Notes: generated by a model not told the origin, from the sequence alone. A DNA stretch of 64,000 nt from Candidatus Poribacteria bacterium (GCA_022828145.1 JAJEJA010000061.1:66081-130080), one strand, 5' to 3'; counted from the first letter of the stretch, positions 40,659 through 50,005 are shown. Program-made: numbers and translations.

Positions 40659-40823
40659 TTGCTTTAACGTGAGTTTGATAATTAAATCAATATGCGTTGT
40701 AGGTTGGGTTGAGGCACGAAACCCAACATGTATTGTTCTATAATGGGGCAAGATGTTGGGTTTCGTGCCTCAACCCAACCTACATATTTAGTTGTTCTGA
40801 TTTATCAAACTCACGTTGCTTTA
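40659..40823. mobile_element. MITE-A copy 2. It has 16-bp TIRs (AACGTGAGTTTGATAA / TTATCAAACTCACGTT) around a hairpin with about 31-bp arms (GTAGGTTGGGTTGAGGCACGAAACCCAACAT).
   Basis: Perfect TIRs and a long internal inverted repeat seen in the sequence. Confidence 0.55.
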
Positions 40824-40924
40824 GATAGATGATAGCATGTATCTCTTTTATATGTCAAATTCTTCGCGCATTCAGCGTTTATTCTGATTTCTTTGTCAGA
40901 ATTTCTGAGACCCTTACAGAGACC

Positions 40925-41026
40925 CATAGTAGATAGTCCATTCTAATTGTTCGGGTAAAGGTCGGGAATCGGAGTTCCCTCCTACCGATGGACTGCTTAT
41001 GGTAGGAGGGAACTCCGATTCCCGAC
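40925..41026. repeat. REP-F copy 1, a palindromic element (GTCGGGAATCGGAGTTCCCTCCTACC ... GGTAGGAGGGAACTCCGATTCCCGAC) with a roughly 35-bp extension.
   Basis: It is the inverted homologue of 62517-62613 and shares its core with 50006-50068. Confidence 0.55.
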
Positions 41027-41063
41027 TATTGCTTATACCCACAAGTTTAGTCTGGACTATCCA

Positions 41064-44042
41064 CTAATCGTGCCTTTGGGCTGGGGGAGACGGTTGTTCA
41101 AGATACACCTGATAGAGATGTTGCTTGAGTTCGGCATTAATTTCAGGTTTAGATAATTTCTTATAGAGTTCAAGTTTGGTGTTGACGTAATCCAATAAAA
41201 ACTCATCAAACACCTTATAAAACCACTCTTCTTTGCTGCTCTCCGAATTATCCCCTTCAATCACCAGTCGAAGTGCTTCGTCAGCGTTCATTTTTTGTTG
41301 AATAGTCTCAATATCAACCTTATCTTCCTCTGTAAACTCTGTCTGATATGCCTCATTCAGAGCCTGAATGATATTAGAGAGCAGATCTTGTTCCGGTTCT
41401 CTGCTCGGTTGGACACCACTACCAATCCCTTCAACCTCGCTATCTTCTGGTTCGAGAATTATTTGTTGGTTCTCATAAATTTTCGCCACACGCAACGAAT
41501 CCAAGTTTACAGAATAGATGACATCTTGTAGGTTAGGATTATCCCGTTTCGGCAGCTTCTTGTTGAGGCTGCGTCCAAAGACGTACAATTTTTCTAACGC
41601 CACATCTGTGAAAGTAATCAGTTGTGAGATGTATCCGTAGAGACGAATATAACTTTGCAAGGCAGAACGAAACTTCTCTTTTTCGTCTGTTTCATTCTCC
41701 ATCCATTTCTCAACAACGTCATCAAGAATGCCTTGTAGAAGTTCGTCGGGTTGATCAGCATCATAAAAGACTTCACAAAATCGGTTAATAATATCAGCAT
41801 CGTAGAGATCAAAATCGCCTAACTGACTCTGTAGGTCATACAAGCGATTCGGGTCGGTTTCCTCCGCGAGCGTTGTCGTCTGATAGTATTGTTGGAATGC
41901 GGCTTGTATCTGTTCAGGGTCATTCACAAAATCGAGTACCAGCGTATCTGTCTTACCGGGGGCGACGCGGTTCAGGCGGCTTAAGGTCTGGACACACTGC
42001 AGCCCGTCTAACTTCTTATCAACATACATTGTCTGTAGCATCGGCTCATCAAAACCGGTTTGGAATTTATTCGCGACAATCAGAATACGATACTGTGGAC
42101 TCTTGAAGGTGTCTGCAATTGAAGCTTTTGGTGGTAATTCGTTCATGCTGTTTTCCGTATAGTCCACTTCGCTGTCGGTGTCGTGAACGGTATCACTGAA
42201 TGCTACCAGACATCCGTAGGGTAGGTTCATCGCCCGCATCTGTTTATCAAATTCTAACTTGTATTTGACACAGTGCAGTCGGGACGGCGTGACCAGCATC
42301 GCTCGCCCCTTACCTTCTATCGTTTTCTCCGTGTGTTCTATGAAGTGTTCCAACATAATCTTGGTTTTCTTCTCAATGCTGGTCGGTTGCAGGTCGACGT
42401 AGCTGGTCAGTGTCCGCAGCGTGCGTGCCTTATCGTACTCTTTATCCTCCGACACGCTTTTGACCAGTTCAAAATATCGTTTAAAGGTAGTGTAATTCTG
42501 CAGCACGTCAAGTGTGAAGCCTTCACTGATACTTTGACGCATGGAATAGGTATGGAACGGAACAAACTTCCCATTCACATTCTTCTGTCCGAACAGTTCT
42601 AATGTCTTATTCTTCGGTGTGCCGCTGAAACCGAAATAGGAGATATGATCCTGCATCCTGCGCTGTTCCATCTGCTTGATAATTCGAGCGTCTATACCCG
42701 ATATTTCTTCGGTGTCATCTTCGTCTTCGGTTTCTTCTTCAATCCCTTTTGAAAGCGAAACTCTGAGGTCTTTTGCAGCTTCACCGCTCTGTGAGGAGTG
42801 CGCTTCGTCAATAATCACTGCAAAGGTCTTGCTATTAAGCGCGCCGATTGTTTCCGCAATCACACTGAACTTCTGAATCGTGGAAATTATGATGCTTTTG
42901 CCGGATTCAAGAAAACCTCTGAGTTGTGCTGAATTCTTGTCAACGGCATGAACCACACCCTCGACCTGTCCTACCTGCTTGATTGTATCTTGCAGTTGCT
43001 TATCAAGTACGAGTCGATCTGTCACCACGATAATAGAGTCGAAAATCCGATGTGTCATGTCCGAAGAACTGTATAAATGCGTTAGCAGGTGCGCTAACCA
43101 TGCAATTGAATTGGATTTACCGCTCCCTGTAGCGTGTTGGATTAGGTATTTCTGTCCGACATCCTTCGCTTTAATATCTGTTTTCAAATCACGGATTACA
43201 CTCAGCTGATGGTATCGCGGGAAAATAAGCACTTTATGCGTTATATCTTTCACGTCGTCGATTCTGTGGTCGTAAACCTTCTCTGTGACCTCCTGCTCAT
43301 GAATAAAGTTGTTGATTAACTCCACCAGGTTATCGGGTTGCAGGATGTCCTCCCACAAGTAGGCGGTCTTGTGACCTTTCCTATTCACAGGATTTTCTAT
43401 GTCCTTGTTAAACGGAAAGAACCGTGTCTCATCCCCTTGTAATCGGGTTGTCATTGAAACCTTTTCGTTACCCACCGCAAAGTGAACCAGACACCGCTTG
43501 AATTTGAACAACGGTTCATTCTTATCTCGATCTGTCCGATACTGTTTCTCCGCATCTGTGAAAACTTGACCGGTAAGGCTGTTTTTCAGTTCCATTGTCA
43601 CTAACGGCAAACCGTTGAGGAACAACACCATATCCAGCGATTTCTCGTTCCGCTGTGCGTAATACAGTTGTCTTATTAAAGAGAATCTGTTTTGCGAGTA
43701 AAGTTTCTGATGGATGGGGTTCATGCCACTTGATGGTAGGAAGTAAGTCAGGTCAAAATGACACCCTCTATCCGCAATGCCTTTCCGTAGCACGTCCAAC
43801 ACTCCGCGGCGATCAATCTCTCTGCTTATGCGGTCACGGAGTTTAGTGGGAGTATCTGCTCCATATTGCCGTTCCAGTTTCTGATATACCTTTAGTTGTG
43901 TGTCTTTAATAAACTGGAGCGTCTCATTCGGTATTAGACAGAGAGATTTATCATAATCGGAAGACAGCAGAGATTGGTAACCCGATTGATTCAGGTGTGC
44001 TTCAATGTGATCTTCAAATTTTTCTTCTGTATACTTCGGCAT
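41064..44042 (-). CDS. hsdR: Type I restriction enzyme R subunit (HsdR).
   Basis: HsdR N-terminus, SF2 helicase motifs (ATGSGKS, DEAH) and about 990 aa in length. Confidence 0.9.
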   Translation of the reverse strand: MPKYTEEKFEDHIEAHLNQSGYQSLLSSDYDKSLCLIPNETLQFIKDTQLKVYQKLERQYGADTPTKLRDRISREIDRRGVLDVLRKGIADRGCHFDLTYFLPSSGMNPIHQKLYSQNRFSLIRQLYYAQRNEKSLDMVLFLNGLPLVTMELKNSLTGQVFTDAEKQYRTDRDKNEPLFKFKRCLVHFAVGNEKVSMTTRLQGDETRFFPFNKDIENPVNRKGHKTAYLWEDILQPDNLVELINNFIHEQEVTEKVYDHRIDDVKDITHKVLIFPRYHQLSVIRDLKTDIKAKDVGQKYLIQHATGSGKSNSIAWLAHLLTHLYSSSDMTHRIFDSIIVVTDRLVLDKQLQDTIKQVGQVEGVVHAVDKNSAQLRGFLESGKSIIISTIQKFSVIAETIGALNSKTFAVIIDEAHSSQSGEAAKDLRVSLSKGIEEETEDEDDTEEISGIDARIIKQMEQRRMQDHISYFGFSGTPKNKTLELFGQKNVNGKFVPFHTYSMRQSISEGFTLDVLQNYTTFKRYFELVKSVSEDKEYDKARTLRTLTSYVDLQPTSIEKKTKIMLEHFIEHTEKTIEGKGRAMLVTPSRLHCVKYKLEFDKQMRAMNLPYGCLVAFSDTVHDTDSEVDYTENSMNELPPKASIADTFKSPQYRILIVANKFQTGFDEPMLQTMYVDKKLDGLQCVQTLSRLNRVAPGKTDTLVLDFVNDPEQIQAAFQQYYQTTTLAEETDPNRLYDLQSQLGDFDLYDADIINRFCEVFYDADQPDELLQGILDDVVEKWMENETDEKEKFRSALQSYIRLYGYISQLITFTDVALEKLYVFGRSLNKKLPKRDNPNLQDVIYSVNLDSLRVAKIYENQQIILEPEDSEVEGIGSGVQPSREPEQDLLSNIIQALNEAYQTEFTEEDKVDIETIQQKMNADEALRLVIEGDNSESSKEEWFYKVFDEFLLDYVNTKLELYKKLSKPEINAELKQHLYQVYLEQPSPPAQRHD

Positions 44043-44045
44043 CGT

Positions 44046-45302
44046 CTAAACCTCGTTTCGGACATCTATCTTGCCTGTCACCGCTTCAGAGATGAGGGAT
44101 TGACGGTATTCCTTGAGGAGTTGGATTTTTTGATTTTCTGTGGCTATCAGTTCGTCAATCTGTTTAGTCTTACAGTCAAGGAAGTTAGCGATTTGGGTTT
44201 GTTCTATCATAGATGGATAGGGGACAATGATATCCTTAAAATCATCAAATCGTAGTTCCCATTGGCTCGTTCTAATTCCGTAAGACAACCTATTAAACTC
44301 TTGAATGTAAGAATCAGACCTAAGTAAATGATGGAAGTATTTGCCAAAAAAATGTTGCTTAGGTTTACACACAGTATAAGCAGGGCTAACAATTCCTCTA
44401 TATTCAGAGATGCCTAAAGAACCTTGCCAACATTTCATTTTGTTAAACACGAAATCCCCAGGTTCAACGAGTTTATAGTTTGATATGTCCTCTGATATTC
44501 TGTTGTAATTATCGTCTCTGCTGTCTCGCTTAATGACCCCGTAATCTCTATAAACAGATAAATTGATTTCTCCAGATGTATTCTTTATATGCTTTCGTTC
44601 AAACAGATAATTACACTTTACTGTATCCCAATGCTTTGGTATCTCTCCAATCCACTCCACGCCCGACGGTTTCATCTCCACATTTGGGTCAAGTCCCTTT
44701 GTTACTGTCTGATTTATCAGTGCGGTGCGTTGTTCTTGTAGGAGTTCTGTCTGTCGTTCTTTGATGCGGACGAGTTCGTCAATCTGTTCGGTTTTGCGGT
44801 CAAGGAAGTTAGCGATTTGTAATTTCTCATGATCTAAAGGTATAGGGATTTTTGCATTCAGAATATCATCAACTGCCGTTCGTGGCATTTTTGCCCCGTA
44901 AGATATAGAATCGCAGTATTCAATGAAGCGATTGGATTGCATCAAATAGAAAAGATATTTGCCCATACATTGTAAAGTAGGTCTTATGACTATCATTTCA
45001 CCAAGAGAGTACCCATCATATTTGGCAAAGACTACCTTGTTGAGATAGACACGAATTTTGTTAAATAACACATCCCCAGCTTGAAATTTCACACCCACCG
45101 CATCATAGGAACTATAAAAATCAAGGACTTTACCGGTTTTCGATTCAACATTTTCAGGCGAAATTTTTATAGCATCTGTCTCTGGTGTAGATTTTTCACT
45201 TACAAGGGTTGCGACATGTTTTATTCTCTCTATCTTCCAATGTGCTGGTATCTCTCCAAGCCACTCTACGCTGCTCTTTTTATATTCGGGGTAACGCTTC
45301 AT
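44046..45302 (-). CDS. hsdS: Type I restriction-modification specificity subunit (HsdS), with two target-recognition domains.
   Basis: Two conserved coiled-coil spacer repeats (LDRKTEQIDELV... and LDCKTKQIDELI...). It lies 3 nt upstream of hsdR. Confidence 0.85.
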   Translation of the reverse strand: MKRYPEYKKSSVEWLGEIPAHWKIERIKHVATLVSEKSTPETDAIKISPENVESKTGKVLDFYSSYDAVGVKFQAGDVLFNKIRVYLNKVVFAKYDGYSLGEMIVIRPTLQCMGKYLFYLMQSNRFIEYCDSISYGAKMPRTAVDDILNAKIPIPLDHEKLQIANFLDRKTEQIDELVRIKERQTELLQEQRTALINQTVTKGLDPNVEMKPSGVEWIGEIPKHWDTVKCNYLFERKHIKNTSGEINLSVYRDYGVIKRDSRDDNYNRISEDISNYKLVEPGDFVFNKMKCWQGSLGISEYRGIVSPAYTVCKPKQHFFGKYFHHLLRSDSYIQEFNRLSYGIRTSQWELRFDDFKDIIVPYPSMIEQTQIANFLDCKTKQIDELIATENQKIQLLKEYRQSLISEAVTGKIDVRNEV

Positions 45303-45464
45303 AATTCTAATATCTTTTTGTCAGAATCTCGGATTATTCGGTAAACACACCTCAGTTAACATATCTGGCATAGATGGGCGCGGAAAGTGTTTATGTCTGT
45401 GAAACTTTTGATGGCGAATTCTTTGTGATGTTCTTGTAATTTCGTAGTGTGTCTCCTTTCAAAA

Positions 45465-45603
45465 TCGTACCATATGGTACGAAATTTCGTACCGTGGTAC
45501 GATTTGGTACAATGGCGGTGGCGTTAGTCGCAGTAAGGTTTTGTAGCGTGTTTTTTGACAGAGTCAAAATTTTAAAATTCCTTTTTGGTACGAAATTCTC
45601 GCC
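45465..45603. promoter_or_regulatory. Cluster of GGTACGA/TCGTACC palindromes about 165-300 bp upstream of hsdS: TCGTACCATATGGTACGA, TCGTACCGTGGTACGA and a further GGTACGA half-site. A TTTTGACAGAGTCAAAA palindrome is also present.
   Basis: Perfect palindromes seen directly in the sequence. A regulatory role is inferred. Confidence 0.35.
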
Positions 45604-45959
45604 ATGTTGAAATATGGATAAAAAAATCGGTTTTTTTCTGATATTGCGATCCTTTCTGGTCGTATTGTATAATAGCATTGTCAACACCTTTTTTGTACAA
45701 ACTTTTCGTTAGTAGTATATTAACATATAGAATTACATTTGTCAAGTTAAATATGAAAGGGGTGTGTAAAGTTTTTGTTCCTCTATTTGTCTGAATCGCG
45801 GATTACACGGAGGACACGCCAGTTATATACATCGGCGCGGAAGGGGTTTCTGGATCATTATATGACTTTGATCGGCTGCAAAGAAGCACAATCTAACAGA
45901 ATGTGGCAGAATACGCGTTTGGTATTCTGCATTGGTTAGGAAATTGCACCTACCTTTTT

Positions 45960-46287
45960 GTCTGAACCAGGATTTACAGGATTACCATGATGATTTACAG
46001 GATAAGAGTTTGTGCAATCTTTTTTTGTAGGGACGGGGTATCCTTGTCCGTTGTATCATTTTTTTAGTCCCTAATGAAGTTTAGGCAATTTTGTGAGGTT
46101 AGGAAGAAATCAACGGTATGAATGCCATTTAGGCATTCCCCGCCTCGTCAGCAGCGCGGTGAACCTGCCTTATGCAAAGTAGTAGGCACACTCCGTGTGC
46201 CGTATGTTAAAAGGTTCTTCAATGGAAGAATTTCTTATCCTGAAAATCCTGGTCAAATCTGGAAATCCTGTAAATCCTGGTTCAGAC
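45960..46287. mobile_element. MITE-D, a 328-bp element with perfect 24-bp terminal inverted repeats (GTCTGAACCAGGATTTACAGGATT). It contains the 46178-46203 hairpin element.
   Basis: The TIRs are exact reverse complements of each other. A related solo end lies at 3085-3142. Confidence 0.55.
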
Positions 46288-46358
46288 AAGTAACCAGAAC
46301 TTTACACACCCTCTTATAGGTCAGGACTTATAACGCCAATACCTCATTCAGCAAACCT

Positions 46359-46874
46359 TCACTTTTCCGTTCCAGTACTCCGATGCAATCGTTGAATATC
46401 AGCTTCGCAAATAAACGCTATTGTCACACCATTTTGACGGAATGCGTCACGGAAATCCAACCACTTACTATCTACTGCTTGCAGGATAGGCGTTTTTTCT
46501 GGATGTGTCATCGCAACAGCGATAAATTTCCGGTCATCTGGATCAAAGTCATTCAATGCTGGATCGTTTGGGAACTCCTCAAACTCGTTATCTGAACCAT
46601 TGACAGGTGTAATCGAAACTAAATCGCACTGTGTATCCTTGTTTCTCAAGAGCCATAAGAGAAACCTATCGCCAGCACCCGGTTCTCCACTGGAACGGAG
46701 ATTTCTTAGGTACTCACTAAGGATTATCCACATATCATCAAGCACTAATTTCTCCTCGCCACGGATAATCCTTTCAAGCCGATTGATACATGTATCTACA
46801 CAATTAGGAGAGGCTTGCAACGATTGCCCGTTGGCGACCACTGCGACATTTGTATCTACAATTACCACCATCAT
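46359..46874 (-). CDS. PIN-like small nuclease, partner of the upstream AAA ATPase.
   Basis: N-terminal VIVDTNVAV (PIN motif I). GEEKLVLDD is a candidate acidic motif. DRKFIAVAM is a D..hhA.A-type motif III. It overlaps the ATPase gene by 4 nt. Confidence 0.45.
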   Translation of the reverse strand: MMVVIVDTNVAVVANGQSLQASPNCVDTCINRLERIIRGEEKLVLDDMWIILSEYLRNLRSSGEPGAGDRFLLWLLRNKDTQCDLVSITPVNGSDNEFEEFPNDPALNDFDPDDRKFIAVAMTHPEKTPILQAVDSKWLDFRDAFRQNGVTIAFICEADIQRLHRSTGTEK

Positions 46875-48226
46875 TTCATCACTTTCCGCCGCTGCATTTC
46901 AACTTTTGTCTTTTCCACTAAATCACCAATATCATCGCCAAAGAAGTCTTGGGGCCAATTCAGAATGTTGCCGTATTCATCAACCTTGAGTCGTTCAATT
47001 TCTGATGTGCCATCGTTGATCTGACAGAAATAGAGTGCTGTGTCATCCGCTGCAATTTGCTCTTCTGCGATCCGTCGTTGCAGACGGTGAAGCAGAAGTG
47101 CACTGTGGCTTTCAAGGATAATCTGGACGTTTCGATTTTTGACGACATCAATGAGAACATCTGCCAAACCTGCTTGTACTTTCGGATGCAGGTGAATTTC
47201 TGGTTGTTCAAGAATTACGGTTGATTTTTCTGGGACATAGTAACAAAGGACGAGTACAGGCAAGAGTTGTGAAACACCAAAACCGACATCAGTAATTAGC
47301 ACCTCGGAACTGTTTCGACTCTTTTTCACACGGAATTCATAATCCTTTCGGTTCTCGGCGATAGGTTCAAGTGAAAAAGAATAAATTAGTTCCATTTTTT
47401 GTAACCATTCTAAAATTCGCTGTTCTATGGGTTTATGAGAACGTTTCACATTGACGAGTCGGGATGAAGTCAATCCTTCTGCACGCGCTGCAAGCAGGGC
47501 AGGGATGGCTTCTTCTCCACTGATACCGACATCTTGAGGTCGTTCTCCAGACCAAATATAACTGCGTCTTGGATACTCGCGAAGTGGACCGAGATATGCT
47601 ATATCAGAAAATAGGTTTTCAAAGGCGAGTACGAAGTCTGAAAGAAAACCAAGATTCTGGTAGTATCCACTAACTTCGTCTGGAAAACCGTAACATTTTA
47701 CGGGAGGGGGTAAATTCCACGGACGTCCGGGGTTTCGTATTGCTTCATAGCCTTCATGAATTAGTTCGTACTGATTCTTTCCGCTTTTCTTTTTCTTCAT
47801 GTCTCGTTTCATTCCAAATTTGCTGAGTTTATTCTTGTAATGGAAATACTCAACGAGAGGACGGTCGTTTTCTTCGCGGATTTCTGTCTGGAACGTAAGG
47901 TTGTTCCCTTGATCAAACAGACTTCTATTAATAGGCAACCGCTTAGGTAGATTCCAAGATAAATCTATCTGGAGTGTTAAATCTGTGTTATGTGTATAAA
48001 GCACATCATGAAAGGTGCCGAAGTCAACAAGGGAACGGTCATCTCCAAAGTGTAGAACTCTATTTCGGTCAGGAGATTCTACAGTCTGCATGAGCATCAA
48101 CAGCACCTGTATGATACTGGTTTTACCGGAACTATTCGCGCCGAAAAGTCCAGTTAATGGCGCAAACTGTAACGTATCCGTATCTTGCCATGATTTAAAA
48201 TTTCGTGCTCTGAGTTCGGTAATCAT
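46871..48226 (-). CDS. AAA_21/ABC-type ATPase (SMC-like, OLD/RloA/AbiL-like family).
   Basis: Walker A motif GANSSGKTS. Walker B/signature-like ILEQPEIHLHP. H-loop ILESHS. It overlaps hsdM by 4 nt. Confidence 0.75.
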   Translation of the reverse strand: MITELRARNFKSWQDTDTLQFAPLTGLFGANSSGKTSIIQVLLMLMQTVESPDRNRVLHFGDDRSLVDFGTFHDVLYTHNTDLTLQIDLSWNLPKRLPINRSLFDQGNNLTFQTEIREENDRPLVEYFHYKNKLSKFGMKRDMKKKKSGKNQYELIHEGYEAIRNPGRPWNLPPPVKCYGFPDEVSGYYQNLGFLSDFVLAFENLFSDIAYLGPLREYPRRSYIWSGERPQDVGISGEEAIPALLAARAEGLTSSRLVNVKRSHKPIEQRILEWLQKMELIYSFSLEPIAENRKDYEFRVKKSRNSSEVLITDVGFGVSQLLPVLVLCYYVPEKSTVILEQPEIHLHPKVQAGLADVLIDVVKNRNVQIILESHSALLLHRLQRRIAEEQIAADDTALYFCQINDGTSEIERLKVDEYGNILNWPQDFFGDDIGDLVEKTKVEMQRRKVMK

Positions 48227-49968
48227 AATCCCAATACCTCATTCAGCAAACCTTCACTTTTCCGTTCCAGTGCCAACATTTCATCGGCAATTTCCTTGAG
48301 TGAACGCAGTGGCGTGTACTGATAGAAATACCGATTGAAGTTGATTTCGTAGCCAATCTTATCCTTTTTTCTGTCTATCCAACTATCAGGCACGTGCGGT
48401 TTTACTTCCCGTTGGTAGTAATCCTCAATGTTCTCTGTAAGAGGAACGCGTTCATGGTCTCGCAGCTTGGTATCCGGTTTCGGATTGCCTTTCTTATCCG
48501 GGACAACGATTTCACTCTCCTCTCCAAAAAAATCCTGCTTTTCAACGAGTGGTCTCTCAATTGTCACTTTCGTGTAACCGAAAAAGTCGTTTGGATAGAT
48601 TCTGCAGTGTTCAGTTTCTTCAAAGTTGGTGTACAGTTCAGCTATCTGACGGATATGACTATCGGAGATAAATGCATTCTTGTCCCCGAGATTTCTTTTC
48701 ATAGTATCATAGAAGTCAACGGCATTGATGAGTTGTATCTTACCTTGTCGCGCTTCCGATTTTTGATTTGTTAAAATCCAAATGTAGGTTGCGATACTGG
48801 TGTTAAAGAAAAGTTTCTCAGGTAGTGCAACAATACACTCTAACCAGTCGTTTTCAATAACCCATTTTCGGATTTCACTTTCACCACTACCGGCATCACC
48901 CGTAAAGAGTGGTGATCCGTTAAAGACAATTCCGATGCGACTCCCGCGGTTCTCCATCTTGGAGAGCATGTGTTGTAGAAACAGCAACGCCCCATCAGAG
49001 GAACGAGGCGTACCCTTTGAGAACCTGCCATTGGGATTCTCCGCTTCGTTTTTCACCACATTTGCATCAGATTTCCAGCTGACACCAAAGGGGGGATTTG
49101 TGATCATATAATCAAATCGTTCACCCTGAAATTGGTCGTTAGAAAGGCTTGAACCGTGTCGGATAGCACCAGGGTCTTCACCTGTAATTAACATATCTGA
49201 CTTGCAGATTGCATAAGTCTGCGGGTTCAGTTCTTGACCAAACAACTGAATTTTAACATCGGGATTGATCTGTTCGCGAAAGTAATTCTTCCCAATCGTC
49301 AACATGCCTCCTGTTCCGCAGCACGGGTCGAAAATCTTGCGGACAAGTCCCTGCCCGCGTAAGTCCTCTCGGTGCTCGGCAAAAAGTAAGGAGACCAGGA
49401 GCTGCACGACATCCCGCGGTGTGTAGTGTTCTCCACTGGTTTCGTTAGACATCTCCGAAAACTTGCGGAGCAATTCCTCAAAGACCAGTCCCATCGTGCG
49501 GTTGTCTACCTTAGCGGGATGCAGGTCAACTTCGGTAAATTTTTCGCAGAAAGTGTACAACCGATCACTTTGGTGCAACCGCTCAATCAACTGGTTGAGA
49601 TTGAAGTTCTTAATAATATCCTGAACATCTTGGCTGAAACTGTTGAGATAGTGTTGTAAGTTGTGATGGATATTATTCGGGTCATCCTTTAGGCGAGAGA
49701 GGTCATACTTGGAGGTGTTGTAGAAGTTTGCATTTGTCTCTCTCAGAATAATCGGGGGTAGCAAGTCTTCAGATATTGCACCACTGAATCGGTTGTAAGT
49801 ATCAATGGCTTTCTCTTTTCGGTCATTCTCGTCTAAGATGCAGTCCAATCTACGCAGCACTAAGAACGGGAGGGTGATGTCTCCGTATTCGTGCGGTTTG
49901 AACAATCCTCTGAGAACATCATCTGCCACATTCCAAACGAGATTTGCTAATTCTTGGTAATTTGCCAT
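48223..49968 (-). CDS. hsdM: Type I restriction-modification N6-adenine DNA methyltransferase (HsdM).
   Basis: HsdM N-terminal domain. SAM-binding motif DPCCGTGGML. Catalytic NPPF in ITNPPFG. Confidence 0.9.
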   Translation of the reverse strand: MANYQELANLVWNVADDVLRGLFKPHEYGDITLPFLVLRRLDCILDENDRKEKAIDTYNRFSGAISEDLLPPIILRETNANFYNTSKYDLSRLKDDPNNIHHNLQHYLNSFSQDVQDIIKNFNLNQLIERLHQSDRLYTFCEKFTEVDLHPAKVDNRTMGLVFEELLRKFSEMSNETSGEHYTPRDVVQLLVSLLFAEHREDLRGQGLVRKIFDPCCGTGGMLTIGKNYFREQINPDVKIQLFGQELNPQTYAICKSDMLITGEDPGAIRHGSSLSNDQFQGERFDYMITNPPFGVSWKSDANVVKNEAENPNGRFSKGTPRSSDGALLFLQHMLSKMENRGSRIGIVFNGSPLFTGDAGSGESEIRKWVIENDWLECIVALPEKLFFNTSIATYIWILTNQKSEARQGKIQLINAVDFYDTMKRNLGDKNAFISDSHIRQIAELYTNFEETEHCRIYPNDFFGYTKVTIERPLVEKQDFFGEESEIVVPDKKGNPKPDTKLRDHERVPLTENIEDYYQREVKPHVPDSWIDRKKDKIGYEINFNRYFYQYTPLRSLKEIADEMLALERKSEGLLNEVLGL

Positions 49969-50005
49969 GCGTTTCCTTTTAAGTTAAAATATAGTAAATT
50001 ATTTA

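Noticed and set aside
45391-45687. A 98-aa minus-strand ORF in the hsdS upstream spacer.
   Set aside because: It has low-complexity Asn/Thr/Lys-rich composition. It overlaps the palindrome cluster. It has no RBS. The region is more plausibly regulatory.
46122-46319. A 65-aa ORF inside MITE-D.
   Set aside because: It lies entirely within a non-autonomous element bounded by 24-bp TIRs. It spans the hairpin repeat. It has no RBS.
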